Shown here piece by piece: positions 8,356 through 18,003 of a stretch of DNA of 61,243 bases (positions within the stretch are counted from its first letter, which is position 1; the number at the start of each line of letters is the position of its first letter). Location: positions 1 through 61,243 of IMG/VR virus record IMGVR_UViG_3300036850_000032; one strand, written 5' to 3'. The notes under the pieces were generated by a model, which was not told where the DNA came from, ran no database searches, and was given only the letters and a program-made list of their open reading frames with translations. Origin of the DNA: a virus. Taxonomy: Duplodnaviria; Caudoviricetes. A program made the position numbers and the translations under genes.

Positions 8356-8747
8356 CTCCCCGTCAACTCCCGGTAGCGGGCGATCAGGCGACACATCCGG
8401 CGTCTGTGCCAGTCGATCGTGACGAGGATCTCCTCGATGTCCAGACGGAGTGCGCGGGCATCCCGATCGTCACCGCTACCGCTGAGAGGCTCTCGCTCCG
8501 TCCCCGTGTCCCGACGCTGTTCCGGTTCCCGCTCGCCCTCGGCCGGTTCGAGTACGTGTTCGCGTGCCCCTGTGGCTTCATCAGCCGTGAGCACGACTCG
8601 GCGGCGCGGGCCGCCAAAGAGTTCTGCACCGTTTGTCTCGACACGAAGATGAGCCGGATTCGTCGCCGGCACTACCTCGCGCGCCTTGGTGTGCGGCCGT
8701 CTGAACCCGCGCTGCGATCGACGGAAAGCGTTGTGCGTCATGGGTAG
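8352..8747 (+). CDS. hypothetical Zn-binding protein
   Basis: ATGA overlap; CPCG...CTVC. Confidence 0.5.
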   Translation: MTPRQLPVAGDQATHPASVPVDRDEDLLDVQTECAGIPIVTATAERLSLRPRVPTLFRFPLALGRFEYVFACPCGFISREHDSAARAAKEFCTVCLDTKMSRIRRRHYLARLGVRPSEPALRSTESVVRHG

Positions 8748-9126
8748 CAGTGTCCAACTGAATCTGCCGCCAACGGCAGTAAACAGAGTTGGCGCAACGA
8801 CGCCAACTGCTGCCAACTCAGATAGTGCAACGGTCGATCTCGCGTCCGTCGTGCTGTCGGCCGGCGATCGCCTCGGGCTGGCGGACAAGGATCTGGCTGG
8901 CATTTTCGATTTGTCGGCGCCGGACTTCTCCAGTGCGTTTTCTCCACATCGTCTTGATCGCAATCGGCTGATGAAGATCAAGTTGCCGGACACATTGGCC
9001 CGCGAAGTGGCGCGCGTAATGGGTGAGCGCACGGGGTTGGTGATCGGCGGACCTGATGCTGAGCGTCATGCGGTGGCGGATCTGATGGTGGCAGCGGCTG
9101 GCTATCTGCGTGTGGTGCAACGATGA
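8740..9126 (+). CDS. HTH-like regulator (CII-like position)
   Basis: GLADKDLAGIFDLSAPDFSSAFS is HTH-like; two genes after cro. Confidence 0.5.
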   Translation: MGSSVQLNLPPTAVNRVGATTPTAANSDSATVDLASVVLSAGDRLGLADKDLAGIFDLSAPDFSSAFSPHRLDRNRLMKIKLPDTLAREVARVMGERTGLVIGGPDAERHAVADLMVAAAGYLRVVQR

Positions 9127-10121
9127 AGATCCCGATCGCCTCCATCGCCTTCGATGCAGGAACGCAGATCCGCGAAGCGATCAACGAAGCCGTGGTGGCT
9201 GAGTACGCCGAGCGAATGACCGAAGGCGTCATCTTCCCGCCTGTGGTGCTATTCCACGACGGCAACCAGTACTACATGGCGGACGGGTTCCATCGCGCGC
9301 TCGCCGCGAAGCGGAACGACTTCGGCGACATCGACGCGGACGTGCAGCCTGGCACGAAGACCGATGCGCTGTGGTTCGCGCTCGGGGCGAACAAGGCCAA
9401 CGGACAGCGCCTCACGATCGCCGACAAGAAACACGCGGTCATGTTGGCCTTGCAGACGTGGCCGGATAAGAGCGCCGGCCAAATTGGTGAGCAGGTCGGC
9501 TGCAGTCATTCGTATGTCTCGGCTATCAGAAACGAGGTTTCCATGACTGGAAACCCGGAACACGTGACCGGCAAGGACGGTTCGACGTATCCGGCGTCCA
9601 AGAGTGCTCGCGAGCGGCGTCGTGAAACAGTCGCGAGTCTCTTAGTGCAGGGACAAAGCGTGGCCGAGGTGCGGGCCGCGACTGGCGTCGGTCGTGACGT
9701 GATCTCCGAAGTCAGGCGCGATCTGGGCCTCAGTGGTGTGCCCACGACAAAGGACGCCATCGCGCGACGCCTTGATCGGATGCGAACGATGGCGGCTGAA
9801 GGCTACAGCTCGCGTCAGATTGCCGCCGAAGTCGAATTGTCTGACGACAGATGCCGCGAGCTCCTCCGCCGAGAGGGGATTGACGTACCGGCCGATGCCG
9901 TCATTGGGAAGACGAAGCGCCACGATGCCACCCGCATCATCGAGCGCATCGTGGCCGATGCGGAAAACCTCACCGAAGGCGTGACGCTCATTGACTTCGC
10001 GGACGTGGACCGCGCACAGCTTCCGGCTTGGCTGAAGTCTTTGCAGGATTCACGCGACAAACTCGGCACGTTCATCCGTCGATTGATGAAGGAGCGACAG
10101 AATCATGGCGAAGCAGCCTAG
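9123..10121 (+). CDS. ParB/Srx-domain protein with multiple HTH motifs
   Basis: FPPVVLF...YYMADGFHR motif, N..NG.RLT.ADKK, HTH repeats. Confidence 0.8.
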   Translation: MKIPIASIAFDAGTQIREAINEAVVAEYAERMTEGVIFPPVVLFHDGNQYYMADGFHRALAAKRNDFGDIDADVQPGTKTDALWFALGANKANGQRLTIADKKHAVMLALQTWPDKSAGQIGEQVGCSHSYVSAIRNEVSMTGNPEHVTGKDGSTYPASKSARERRRETVASLLVQGQSVAEVRAATGVGRDVISEVRRDLGLSGVPTTKDAIARRLDRMRTMAAEGYSSRQIAAEVELSDDRCRELLRREGIDVPADAVIGKTKRHDATRIIERIVADAENLTEGVTLIDFADVDRAQLPAWLKSLQDSRDKLGTFIRRLMKERQNHGEAA

Positions 10122-10917
10122 TCGGAAGCCGTCGAAGATCAAGCCTGTGCCGATCGGCCAGATGCGCATTCCGCCCGCGCTGGTCACGCAGCGCGAGTTC
10201 CGCAAGGCCCACGGCGATCGGATCGCGGCCGAACTGGATCTCAACAAGCTTGGGTATCCGATCATCAACCATCGCGACGGCAACTACTGGGTGGTGGATG
10301 GTCAACACCGGGTCTACGCGCTGAAACAGAACGGGTTCGAGAAGGACGTGTTGGACTGCGAAGTCTACGAGGACATGTCCGACTCGGAGATGGCGGAAAT
10401 CTTTCTCGGCCGCGATGCGCGCAAGCCCATTCCGCTCTACGACAAGTTCCACGTGGCGATCACGGCTGGGCGACGCCGCGAGCGGGATATTCAACGCGCC
10501 GTGGAAGCGAACGGCCAGAAGATTAGTCGCGATCAGAGCGATGGCGGCATCAGCGCGGTTGGTGCGCTGGGGACCGTCTACGACCGGAACGGTGAGGTGG
10601 TCCTCGGGCAAGTCATTCGCACCATCAATCTCGGGTTCGGTGGGGATCCGGTGGCCTTTGATCGGGCTGTGATTGAAGGGCTCGGCCTGGTGTTCAACCG
10701 CTACAACGGCCGCACGAACGAAAAACAGCTGGGGGCGAAGCTGTCGGATCTTCGGCATGGCGCGCGCGAATTGCTACGCAAGGCGGAGGCCATCCGTGAG
10801 CGCACCGGCAATCAGAAAAAGCAGTGCATCGCGGCGGCGGTCGTGGACATCTACAACAAGGGCCTCGGCCCGCGAGACTCGCATCGTCTGCCGTCGTGGT
10901 GGAAAGAAGCTGAGTAG
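10105..10917 (+). CDS. ParB-like DGQHR-motif protein (DUF6551-like)
   Basis: YWVVDGQHR motif; AEIFL..D.RKP...DKF. Confidence 0.75.
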   Translation: MAKQPSRKPSKIKPVPIGQMRIPPALVTQREFRKAHGDRIAAELDLNKLGYPIINHRDGNYWVVDGQHRVYALKQNGFEKDVLDCEVYEDMSDSEMAEIFLGRDARKPIPLYDKFHVAITAGRRRERDIQRAVEANGQKISRDQSDGGISAVGALGTVYDRNGEVVLGQVIRTINLGFGGDPVAFDRAVIEGLGLVFNRYNGRTNEKQLGAKLSDLRHGARELLRKAEAIRERTGNQKKQCIAAAVVDIYNKGLGPRDSHRLPSWWKEAE

Positions 10918-10919
10918 TG

Positions 10920-11096
10920 ATGCACAGCCTCTATCTCGCGGCGATCGTCGCCGGCGTGATTGCGTGCGGCGCGGGTGTGCAAGCGGTGCGCTCTCCCTCT
11001 GGCTCTGAAAACCGCTTGTTGGGCGTGGCGTTTGCACTCTGGGGCGTAGTGGCGGTGCTGGTGTTTGCTGGCTTGGGTTGGCGGGTGACGCGATGA
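10920..11096 (+). CDS. small two-TM membrane protein (58 aa); not in ORF track
   Basis: MHSLYLAAIVAGVIACGAG...LLGVAFALWGVVAVLVFAGLGWRVTR; ATGA overlap with xis. Confidence 0.6.
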   Translation: MHSLYLAAIVAGVIACGAGVQAVRSPSGSENRLLGVAFALWGVVAVLVFAGLGWRVTR

Positions 11097-11401
11097 GCCG
11101 CGAACCCTTGTTGACGATCGCCGACGTGATGCGGCAGTTGTCGATCCGCCGGCGCGTCGTCTATGCATTGATTCGCAAGGGTTCGCTGGTGGCCGCCCGT
11201 GTCGGGAAAGAGTGGCGCATCGCCCAAGCGGATGTCGATGGGTATCTCGAGCGCGCACGGGTGTCCTCCCGGCCAGTCGTGCGCGACGTACCCCAGCCCG
11301 GACGGCCGATTCATCACCGGCAGTTGCGAACCAGAGGCGTGGAGTTGAACGTGCCTGGCGCGGATTTCTTTCTGAAGCCACGGCGGCACGGAGCGCACTG
11401 A
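11093..11401 (+). CDS. xis: excisionase-like HTH_17 DNA-binding protein
   Basis: LLTIADVMRQLSI.RR.VYALIRKGSL.AARVGKEWRI..ADV..YL. Confidence 0.75.
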   Translation: MSREPLLTIADVMRQLSIRRRVVYALIRKGSLVAARVGKEWRIAQADVDGYLERARVSSRPVVRDVPQPGRPIHHRQLRTRGVELNVPGADFFLKPRRHGAH

Positions 11402-11622
11402 TGGGCAAACCGATCGGCATCATCCATCACGAACCGCCGCTGACTTCGTGGTGGTGTGTGGCTCCGGCTCAGGGCTTTCTGGCCTATGTGCTTCGGGAGC
11501 AGTGGCCCCGGATGCGGGGGACGATGGCCGCCAACTTCTTGACGGGGTCCGAGTCGGGGGCGTGTGTCAGTCAGTGGCACCGACGCAAGCTGACGGGCAC
11601 GACCGAGATGTTTGAGGAGTAG
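11401..11622 (+). CDS. hypothetical protein
   Basis: TGATG coupling. Confidence 0.5.
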   Translation: MGKPIGIIHHEPPLTSWWCVAPAQGFLAYVLREQWPRMRGTMAANFLTGSESGACVSQWHRRKLTGTTEMFEE

Positions 11623-11625
11623 CGA

Positions 11626-11793
11626 ATGTGTTGCCCGGCCAAGCTCGCAATCGGGGACGACCACGGCGACAACGAGGCCACGATGCACTGTCAGCTTGAA
11701 GACGGCCACGAGGGACCGCACGAGGAGCGTTACGACACGACCGACAGCGACGGTCACGCACAGGTTGTTGTCCAGTGGACGCGCGAGGAGTAA
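11626..11793 (+). CDS. small His/Cys metal-binding protein (55 aa); not in ORF track
   Basis: GAGGAG RBS; MCCPAKLAIGDDHGDNEATMHCQLEDGHEGPH... Confidence 0.55.
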   Translation: MCCPAKLAIGDDHGDNEATMHCQLEDGHEGPHEERYDTTDSDGHAQVVVQWTREE

Positions 11794-11857
11794 ACCGATG
11801 CGGCCCACGTCCCTGCTGTCACAGAGACGTGAGCCTTTCCTGAGGGGAGTGCGACGA

Positions 11858-12187
11858 ATGGACACGCAGATTGTAAACGAGAACGAATCTCCACCGCAAG
11901 CACGCAGTGACGCCGAGCGCGATCTCGAAAAGGTCGCCATCGCCCTGTCCCTGTGCTCGCGTCCCCGCAAGCTCGTCTCCCAGCTGGCCGAAGAGGAGAT
12001 CCGCAGCCTGACGGATCGGGCACGACTGGCGATCAACCTCGGCAGCCAGGAAGCGCTCGACGCGGCCCATGCCGATGTGACGCTGGCGATCTCGAGATTG
12101 CCAGAGGAGAACGACGCCCATGCCGTGGCGGCTCTCGCCATCGCCACGTGGATCACGAGCATGTCGACGCAGAAAGGGGGAGTCTGA
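11858..12187 (+). CDS. hypothetical protein
   Basis: GAGGGGAG RBS; MDTQIVNE... Confidence 0.55.
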   Translation: MDTQIVNENESPPQARSDAERDLEKVAIALSLCSRPRKLVSQLAEEEIRSLTDRARLAINLGSQEALDAAHADVTLAISRLPEENDAHAVAALAIATWITSMSTQKGGV

Positions 12188-12384
12188 TGGCGAAATGCAC
12201 CATCTGCGCTGCCCTGGAGTCGGCGTTCGTGATCTATCCGAGTCACGCCGCTGTTGCCTCTCGCGTGCCACGTCGGGAGATTTGCGGACACTGCGCGGCC
12301 GATCTTGTGGACTCCGGCAAGGCCGAGCGGATTGGCTCGTTCGCGTTCGTCATGCGCGAATCAGCAGAACAGGCGGGTGCTTGA
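12187..12384 (+). CDS. small zinc-finger protein
   Basis: CTIC...CGHC; TGATG coupling. Confidence 0.55.
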   Translation: MAKCTICAALESAFVIYPSHAAVASRVPRREICGHCAADLVDSGKAERIGSFAFVMRESAEQAGA

Positions 12385-12692
12385 TGGCCCTCGCCCACAC
12401 CGATCGCACCGTCGATAACTACACCGACCTGCTAGCGAAGTCAGCCGTACCGACGCATCTCCAAGCGGGACTCGTTCGGTACTTCGTCGGGCACATCGCG
12501 CCCGGCTCGTTCGTGCTGGCAATCCTCCAGAACGATCTCGCGGGCGCCACGAAGGCCGCAGCGGACGAAGAGACGCGGGACGCCATCATCCCGATCGTGG
12601 ATTGGCTCTACCGGGAAGCTCCGCCGGATTCGTGGGGCAGCATCGCCCGCGTGCGTGTGTGGCTTCAACACCGAAAGGATGGCACCTCATGA
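12384..12692 (+). CDS. conserved phage hypothetical protein
   Basis: P.H...GL.RY...HI.PGSF..A.L.NDL...WLY.EAP..SWGS pattern typical of a widespread phage family. Confidence 0.7.
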   Translation: MALAHTDRTVDNYTDLLAKSAVPTHLQAGLVRYFVGHIAPGSFVLAILQNDLAGATKAAADEETRDAIIPIVDWLYREAPPDSWGSIARVRVWLQHRKDGTS

Positions 12693-13510
12693 GCGCCAAG
12701 CAAGGGGCTGTCCTCCCGATGGACGAATCGCCCGTGACCGAGACCGTGACGCTGCAACATGCTACACCGCTCAGCGATGCAACCGGATTGGCGCTCGTGG
12801 TCGAACGGCTCGCCGCGAACCCAGACGTTGACGTGCTCAAGCTCGAAAAGATCATCGAGCTCCAGGAGCGGCTGCTGGCGAGTCAGGCCAAGGCCGCGTT
12901 TGATGCAGCCTTCGCCCTCATGCAGCCGGAGATCCCCGAGATCGACGAGAAGGGACGGCTGATCAATCACAAGACGGACACGCTCCAGAGTATGTACGCG
13001 AAGAACGAGGACATCCAGAAGGTGCTCCGTCCGATTCTGGCGCGGCACGGGTTCTCGCTCAGCTTCCGAACCGAGTGGCTTGACGAGCGGACGGTGGTCG
13101 TATTCGGCATCCTCTCACACCGAGACGGGCACTCGCGTGAATCCACGTTCCGGTCGAAGGCCGACGACAGCGGCAACAAGAACGCGATTCAGGCGCTCGG
13201 CTCGACCATCTCGTACGGCCATCGCTACACCACAACCGACCTCCTGAATATCACCAGCCGCGAACCAGGCAGGGGCGCGGACGATGACGGCGCGAGCAGC
13301 GAGAAATACAAGCAGCCCGCCGCCCCTGAAGGCTACGACGCATGGTGGGCCGTGCTGGAAGGGCTCGCCAAAGACGGCTTCGCGCCGCTGTCGTCCGCGT
13401 GGAACAAGTCCAAGCAGGAGTTCTGCACCTACAACGCGAAGTATGAGAAACACAAATGGGACGCCCTGAAGAATGCCGCGCTCACGGTAGACAAGGCGGC
13501 GAAGAAATGA
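12689..13510 (+). CDS. erf: ERF-family single-strand annealing recombinase
   Basis: YA..EDI...RPILARHG; GSTISYGHRY...LLNI...DDDG ERF signature. Confidence 0.85.
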   Translation: MSAKQGAVLPMDESPVTETVTLQHATPLSDATGLALVVERLAANPDVDVLKLEKIIELQERLLASQAKAAFDAAFALMQPEIPEIDEKGRLINHKTDTLQSMYAKNEDIQKVLRPILARHGFSLSFRTEWLDERTVVVFGILSHRDGHSRESTFRSKADDSGNKNAIQALGSTISYGHRYTTTDLLNITSREPGRGADDDGASSEKYKQPAAPEGYDAWWAVLEGLAKDGFAPLSSAWNKSKQEFCTYNAKYEKHKWDALKNAALTVDKAAKK

Positions 13511-14160
13511 CCTTCATCGAACACGACGTGCCGCAACGATCCGACGCGTGGCGGATGCTCCGGCTTGGCCGCCTGACGGGTTCGCGGGCGCATCACATCC
13601 TCGCCAAAGGCAAAGGGAGCGATGAAGCGGTCGGCCGTCGCAACCTTCGACTGCAGCTCACTCTCGAACGGCTGACGCAGCGTCCGCAGGAGAGCGATTA
13701 CATCAGCCCCGCGATGCAGGCCGGGATTGACCGGGAAGCGGACGCCTTCGCTTGCTATGAGGCGTTCACGCGGAACGTGGCCCTGCGCGCGGGGTTCCTC
13801 GCGCACACCAGCCTGATGGCCGGCTGCAGTCTCGACGGCCACATCGGGAACTTTCAGAAACTCCTGTCGATCAAGTGCCGTCAACCGGCGGCGCATCTCG
13901 AGTTTCTCCGCACCGGGAAGATCCCGGCTGATGCCTTCGCGCAAATTCTGCACGAGTTGTGGCTGACCGGCGCGCAAGAACACGACTATTTCTCGTGGAA
14001 TCCAGATTTCCCAGACGCGCTGCAGTCCAAGGTAGTCACGCTCAAGCGCGTCGAGGCAGACATCGAGGCCTACGGCGCGGCGGCGCGGACGTTTCTGTCC
14101 GAGGTAGACAAGGAAGTCTCGGCCCTCGCTGCGCTCGCAGCAGAAAGCGCGGTGGCGTAA
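13507..14160 (+). CDS. YqaJ/lambda-exonuclease-family protein
   Basis: QRSDAW..LRLG.LTGS; MQAGIDRE..A; GCSLDG...IKC; Q..H.LW.TG. Confidence 0.88.
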   Translation: MTFIEHDVPQRSDAWRMLRLGRLTGSRAHHILAKGKGSDEAVGRRNLRLQLTLERLTQRPQESDYISPAMQAGIDREADAFACYEAFTRNVALRAGFLAHTSLMAGCSLDGHIGNFQKLLSIKCRQPAAHLEFLRTGKIPADAFAQILHELWLTGAQEHDYFSWNPDFPDALQSKVVTLKRVEADIEAYGAAARTFLSEVDKEVSALAALAAESAVA

Positions 14161-14294
14161 TGGGCAAGCCGAGCCAGATCGACCGCGCCATTGAGGACAT
14201 CGAGGGCGAGATTGAAGTCTTGCAAGCCGCCCTTGCTCGCTTGCAACGTCAGAAGGATGAGCAGCAGGCGAAGAAAGTGACGGTGACGCCGTGA
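14160..14294 (+). CDS. small coiled-coil protein
   Basis: TAATG coupling; MGKPSQIDRAIEDIEGEIEVLQAAL... Confidence 0.55.
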   Translation: MGKPSQIDRAIEDIEGEIEVLQAALARLQRQKDEQQAKKVTVTP

Positions 14295-14551
14295 GCACCC
14301 CTGAACCTCGCTACAACCCTGATAACGACGGCCCGCGAGAAACCGAACAGCTCCGGCGCTGCGACGACAATTTTAGCTCCGACTGCCGCGATGACGGGCA
14401 GTACCAAGTGTGGGACCGTGAGACGAACCTGTTCCTGAATCTCTGCCTGCCCTGCCGGCGAGCCTACGAGAACCGCGAGTTCAATCACGATCAGCGCTTC
14501 CCTCACACCGAAGGGGGCGTGGTGTACCACGAACAGCAGGTACGACGATGA
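14291..14551 (+). CDS. hypothetical protein (Cys motifs)
   Basis: GTGA overlap; CLPC. Confidence 0.5.
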   Translation: MSTPEPRYNPDNDGPRETEQLRRCDDNFSSDCRDDGQYQVWDRETNLFLNLCLPCRRAYENREFNHDQRFPHTEGGVVYHEQQVRR

Positions 14552-14742
14552 TGGTTGACCGCTTCAAGCTGGATCGGGCACTGGAACGTGTGCAGCGCGC
14601 GCTGGCCGTTGCCAAGGACTTTGCGGGCGAACAGCAGCGCGGCGAACTCTCCAAGCTGGTCGTGCGAGAGATGGAAGAGGGCGAGAAGGCCGCCCGTCAA
14701 TTGCACTACTACGCCCTCGGGTTCGACACAGAGATCGGATAG
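14548..14742 (+). CDS. hypothetical helical protein
   Basis: Coupled start, 64 aa. Confidence 0.5.
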   Translation: MMVDRFKLDRALERVQRALAVAKDFAGEQQRGELSKLVVREMEEGEKAARQLHYYALGFDTEIG

Positions 14743-14746
14743 GCAC

Positions 14747-15208
14747 ATGGCTGTCTCCCGCACCTTCCGTGTCGTGATGCAGGACGGCAAGTTCCACCTG
14801 ACCGCCCCGAAGGCCTACGCCGAGTTCTGCGCCCGCATCGGCGACGGGGAAGAGCGGGACATGGTGATCAAGACGGCGGCGCAACGGCAGGGGACGCAAT
14901 CCCTACGGTACCTCAGAGGTGTGGTGATTCCAGATATTGCAGAAGCCTGCGGGTACAACCCAGAAGACCCGGACGAGTGTCAGGACGTGTACGACGGTGT
15001 CATGTGGCGACTATTCAGATTGCCAGACGGGAAGTTCGGCCAGCCTCGCCGTGAAAGCTGCAGCAAGGACTCCATGTCACAAGAGCGCATCACTGAAGTG
15101 ATCGACAAAATCATCGTGTGGGCCGAAACGACCATCACGGGATGCTCCATTCGTCGGCCAGAAGATGTTGAGATGGACCAGATTCGTGACCACGAGTTCG
15201 CGGCATGA
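14747..15208 (+). CDS. NinB/Orf-like recombination accessory protein
   Basis: R...Q.LRYL.GVV...IAE..GY and MS.E.I.E.ID.I..WA resemble the NinB-like layout. Confidence 0.55.
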   Translation: MAVSRTFRVVMQDGKFHLTAPKAYAEFCARIGDGEERDMVIKTAAQRQGTQSLRYLRGVVIPDIAEACGYNPEDPDECQDVYDGVMWRLFRLPDGKFGQPRRESCSKDSMSQERITEVIDKIIVWAETTITGCSIRRPEDVEMDQIRDHEFAA

Positions 15209-15471
15209 CGTGGAACATGCGCAGCGAATCGTTCGAAGCGGGTGCGCGGCGACGTTTCTGGGCACGTGTCCAGAAGTCTGAAGACGGATGCTGGCTTTGG
15301 ACTGGCCTCAAGGACAAGGACGGCTACGGTGTGTTCGCCTACAAGTATCGGAATCACCGACCGCATCGTCTGGCATTCCAATGGGAACACGGGCCGATCG
15401 TCGGCATCGTACGTCACTCGTGCGATACACCAGCCCGTATGAGCGAACAGACGAAAGAAAAGAACGACTAG
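15205..15471 (+). pseudogene. truncated HNH endonuclease
   Basis: FWARV.K..DGCWLWTG...DGYG.F...HRLAF...GPI..VRHSCDTPA, then diverges before the CVNPxHL catalytic half. Confidence 0.7.
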
Positions 15472-15547
15472 TGGTCGTGACCATCACCGAAGTGCCCTAC
15501 CCGATGACACAGAGCCGGAGTGATTGCGGAGCAAACGGAACCATCTG

Positions 15548-15733
15548 ATGACCAAGACGTTCTGCGATCGCTGCGGGAAAGAGGGGAAGGTGGACAGCAT
15601 CCGCATGCCCAAGATCGGGCCGGCTGCCTCGGGGTGGGTCTACGCCGCAGTTGAACTGTGTAGCGAGTGCTGCCATGACATCGCGTATTACCTGGCTCAG
15701 GCGCCGCCAGAGAAGAAAGGCGACGGTCGCTGA
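15548..15733 (+). CDS. small zinc-finger protein
   Basis: CDRCG...ELCSEC. Confidence 0.6.
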   Translation: MTKTFCDRCGKEGKVDSIRMPKIGPAASGWVYAAVELCSECCHDIAYYLAQAPPEKKGDGR

Positions 15734-16185
15734 TGTTCTGCCCATGTCCGAAACCGCCGCCTCGCGTGAAGGTGCCGAAGGTTGGCCCGACCGCCCGCAG
15801 ACGGGCGCAGAAAGCCCGTGTGGTGACGCTGGCGGAACGCGCAGTGAAGAGCCTAGTCAAGGATATGGACGGCCGGAGATGCCGCTGGCCGGACTGCGAG
15901 GTGCCGCCGTTGTCATTCTGGGGTCAACTCCAAGCGGCGCATTACAAAGCCGAAGGGATGGGCGGCGATCCGAACCTCGTGCGCTGCACGGTGGACAACA
16001 TGCTGGCCGCATGTCGCTGGCATCACAGGGGGCCGAGAGGGTTGCATTCAGGGCTCGCGAAGATGGAGCCGTTGACCGAGCTCGGGACACGCGGGCCGGT
16101 GCAGTTCTCAGTAATGGAGCGTGGTGAGGGTGGCCGATGGAGCGTTATTGGCGTGACGAGTCCGCCGAAGGAGTGGAGCGAATGA
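15733..16185 (+). CDS. HNH-like Zn-binding nuclease (NinG/Ref-like)
   Basis: V..MDG.RC..PDC...AAH...GMGG...N....C..HH. Confidence 0.6.
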   Translation: MFCPCPKPPPRVKVPKVGPTARRRAQKARVVTLAERAVKSLVKDMDGRRCRWPDCEVPPLSFWGQLQAAHYKAEGMGGDPNLVRCTVDNMLAACRWHHRGPRGLHSGLAKMEPLTELGTRGPVQFSVMERGEGGRWSVIGVTSPPKEWSE

Positions 16186-16445
16186 ATCGTTGGCGCGTCA
16201 AGGCGTCCCGCACGACACCGACGTGGTATCACGCCTGCGAAGTGTCGTTCGTTGACGCAGCCGACGCGCACGAGGCGAAGGCACTGATCGAAGGGCGCAG
16301 CGAACCCGGTAACCAGTTCCGTGCCTGGGCGATCACGCCGGCCACGCCGGAGATGGAAGCGGCGCATCAGGCTTGGCTCGATCGGTGCGCGCGATGGATT
16401 GTTGCCGCGAGGACAGCCTCTGCGCATCGGGGGATCATCCCGTGA
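16182..16445 (+). CDS. hypothetical protein
   Basis: ATGA overlap, GGAG RBS. Confidence 0.5.
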   Translation: MNRWRVKASRTTPTWYHACEVSFVDAADAHEAKALIEGRSEPGNQFRAWAITPATPEMEAAHQAWLDRCARWIVAARTASAHRGIIP

Positions 16446-17068
16446 TTGTGCTGGTGTCTGGCGCGAGCCGGTATCCGCGGAGCGAGGAGGTCGGACACCT
16501 CATCATGCCGCGACAAGGGAACCGTGCCGATGCGCTCGACCTGCAGCCTGGCCGATGGGCGATGGATAACGGCGCGTTTGGCGGCGGGTTCGATCCGGGG
16601 TCGTTCGTAGACATGTTGCAGGACTTCTACGGTTTCCCTGGGTGTTTGTTCGTGACAGCACCAGACGTGATTTACAAGAGCGGCATCGGAAACGCAGCTG
16701 AGACGCGCAAACGGTGGCCGTTCTGGTCGCGCCTGATTCGCGGGCTTGGGTTTCCGCCGGCGTTTGTGGCACAGGACGGGCTCCAGTTGCATCAGGTGCC
16801 GTGGGATGAAATGGGCGCGCTCTTTATCGGCGGGAGCACCGAATACAAGGAAGGCCGAGACGCGCAGAATTTGTGCTCCTACGCCAAGGCGATCGGGATC
16901 TGGGTGCATTGGGGCCGCGTCAACGGACGCACGCGCTACACGAAAGCCAAAGAGCGCGGCGCGGACTCGATCGACGGCACAGGGTTCTCGATCGCACCGG
17001 ACATCAACATCCCACTTGTAGCCGAGTGGGAGCGTGATCGAGTAGCGCAACCTGGGCTCGCGCTATGA
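16442..17068 (+). CDS. TGT/DpdA-like TIM-barrel protein (possible DNA base-exchange enzyme)
   Basis: WAMDNGAF, APDV, AFVAQDG, LFIGGS, WVH.GRVN, GADSIDGT motifs parallel the tRNA-guanine transglycosylase fold. Confidence 0.6.
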   Translation: MIVLVSGASRYPRSEEVGHLIMPRQGNRADALDLQPGRWAMDNGAFGGGFDPGSFVDMLQDFYGFPGCLFVTAPDVIYKSGIGNAAETRKRWPFWSRLIRGLGFPPAFVAQDGLQLHQVPWDEMGALFIGGSTEYKEGRDAQNLCSYAKAIGIWVHWGRVNGRTRYTKAKERGADSIDGTGFSIAPDINIPLVAEWERDRVAQPGLAL

Positions 17069-17273
17069 CCACGTTTGTGCTCGTCTGCGGCTGTCGCGCG
17101 GTGCCCTCGGGACATCCCGCAGGACGGTGGCGGCAACAGGGTGTTGTCGGGGAAGTGGGATCTTCCCGCGAGCACAATTCAGAACGACGACGATGAGGGG
17201 TAGCGACCGTCACCGATGTGTCCTACCCAGTGACACAGAGCCTGAGTCATCTTGGAGCGAACGGAGTCACCGA

Positions 17274-17960
17274 ATGACGATCGGTACAAAGAGTGTTCTC
17301 TACGGCGCGCACTGTTTCTTCCTGCATCCGTGGTTCGTCGCTGCGGCATGGTGGCAGCTGTACGGCTTCCCGTGGGACCCGCGCCTCTGGGTCGCGTTCT
17401 TCGTGCATGACCTCGGCTACATCGGGAAGCCGAACATGGACGGGCCGGAGGGCGAGACGCATCCGCTGCTCGGCGCTCGGATCATGGGTCGGCTGTTCGA
17501 TCGACTTCGAAACGGCGGACGCCCCATTCGCGGCGTTCCACAGGATCTCTCTCAGTGGTTCGTCATAAGGGACGGCGAGTGGCTGGGTCGCTGGGCTCGA
17601 TTCTCCCTGCTGCATTCCCGGTACTACGCGAAGACGCTCGGCCTGCAACCGTCGCGACTCTGCATCGCTGACAAGCTCGCGATTGCGCTGACGCCGGCGT
17701 GGCTCTACCTGCCGATGGTGCGCGCGACCGGAGAGATCCACGAGTACATGGCGCACGCGCACTATCGATCGAAGGGCAACGAAGCCCTGAGCGCCGACGA
17801 ACGTGCGCGTGTCACCTCCGGGCGTGAGCGCGATTGGTATACAGGCGTGCAGTCGTACTGCCGGCGCTGGGCGACGGAACACGCCGACGGCAAGCGCGAC
17901 ACCTGGACGTCCGATGCTCGACAGCGAGCAAAGGTCAACTCGGACGGCGTTTGGAAGTAA
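17274..17960 (+). CDS. HD-domain-like phosphohydrolase
   Basis: H...H, VHDLGY, H, LLHSR, CIADKLA metal-ligand pattern. Confidence 0.6.
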   Translation: MTIGTKSVLYGAHCFFLHPWFVAAAWWQLYGFPWDPRLWVAFFVHDLGYIGKPNMDGPEGETHPLLGARIMGRLFDRLRNGGRPIRGVPQDLSQWFVIRDGEWLGRWARFSLLHSRYYAKTLGLQPSRLCIADKLAIALTPAWLYLPMVRATGEIHEYMAHAHYRSKGNEALSADERARVTSGRERDWYTGVQSYCRRWATEHADGKRDTWTSDARQRAKVNSDGVWK

Positions 17961-18003
17961 GCGAAGAAAGTCAGCAAAAATGATTGATTCGCAGGCGGAC
18001 ACG

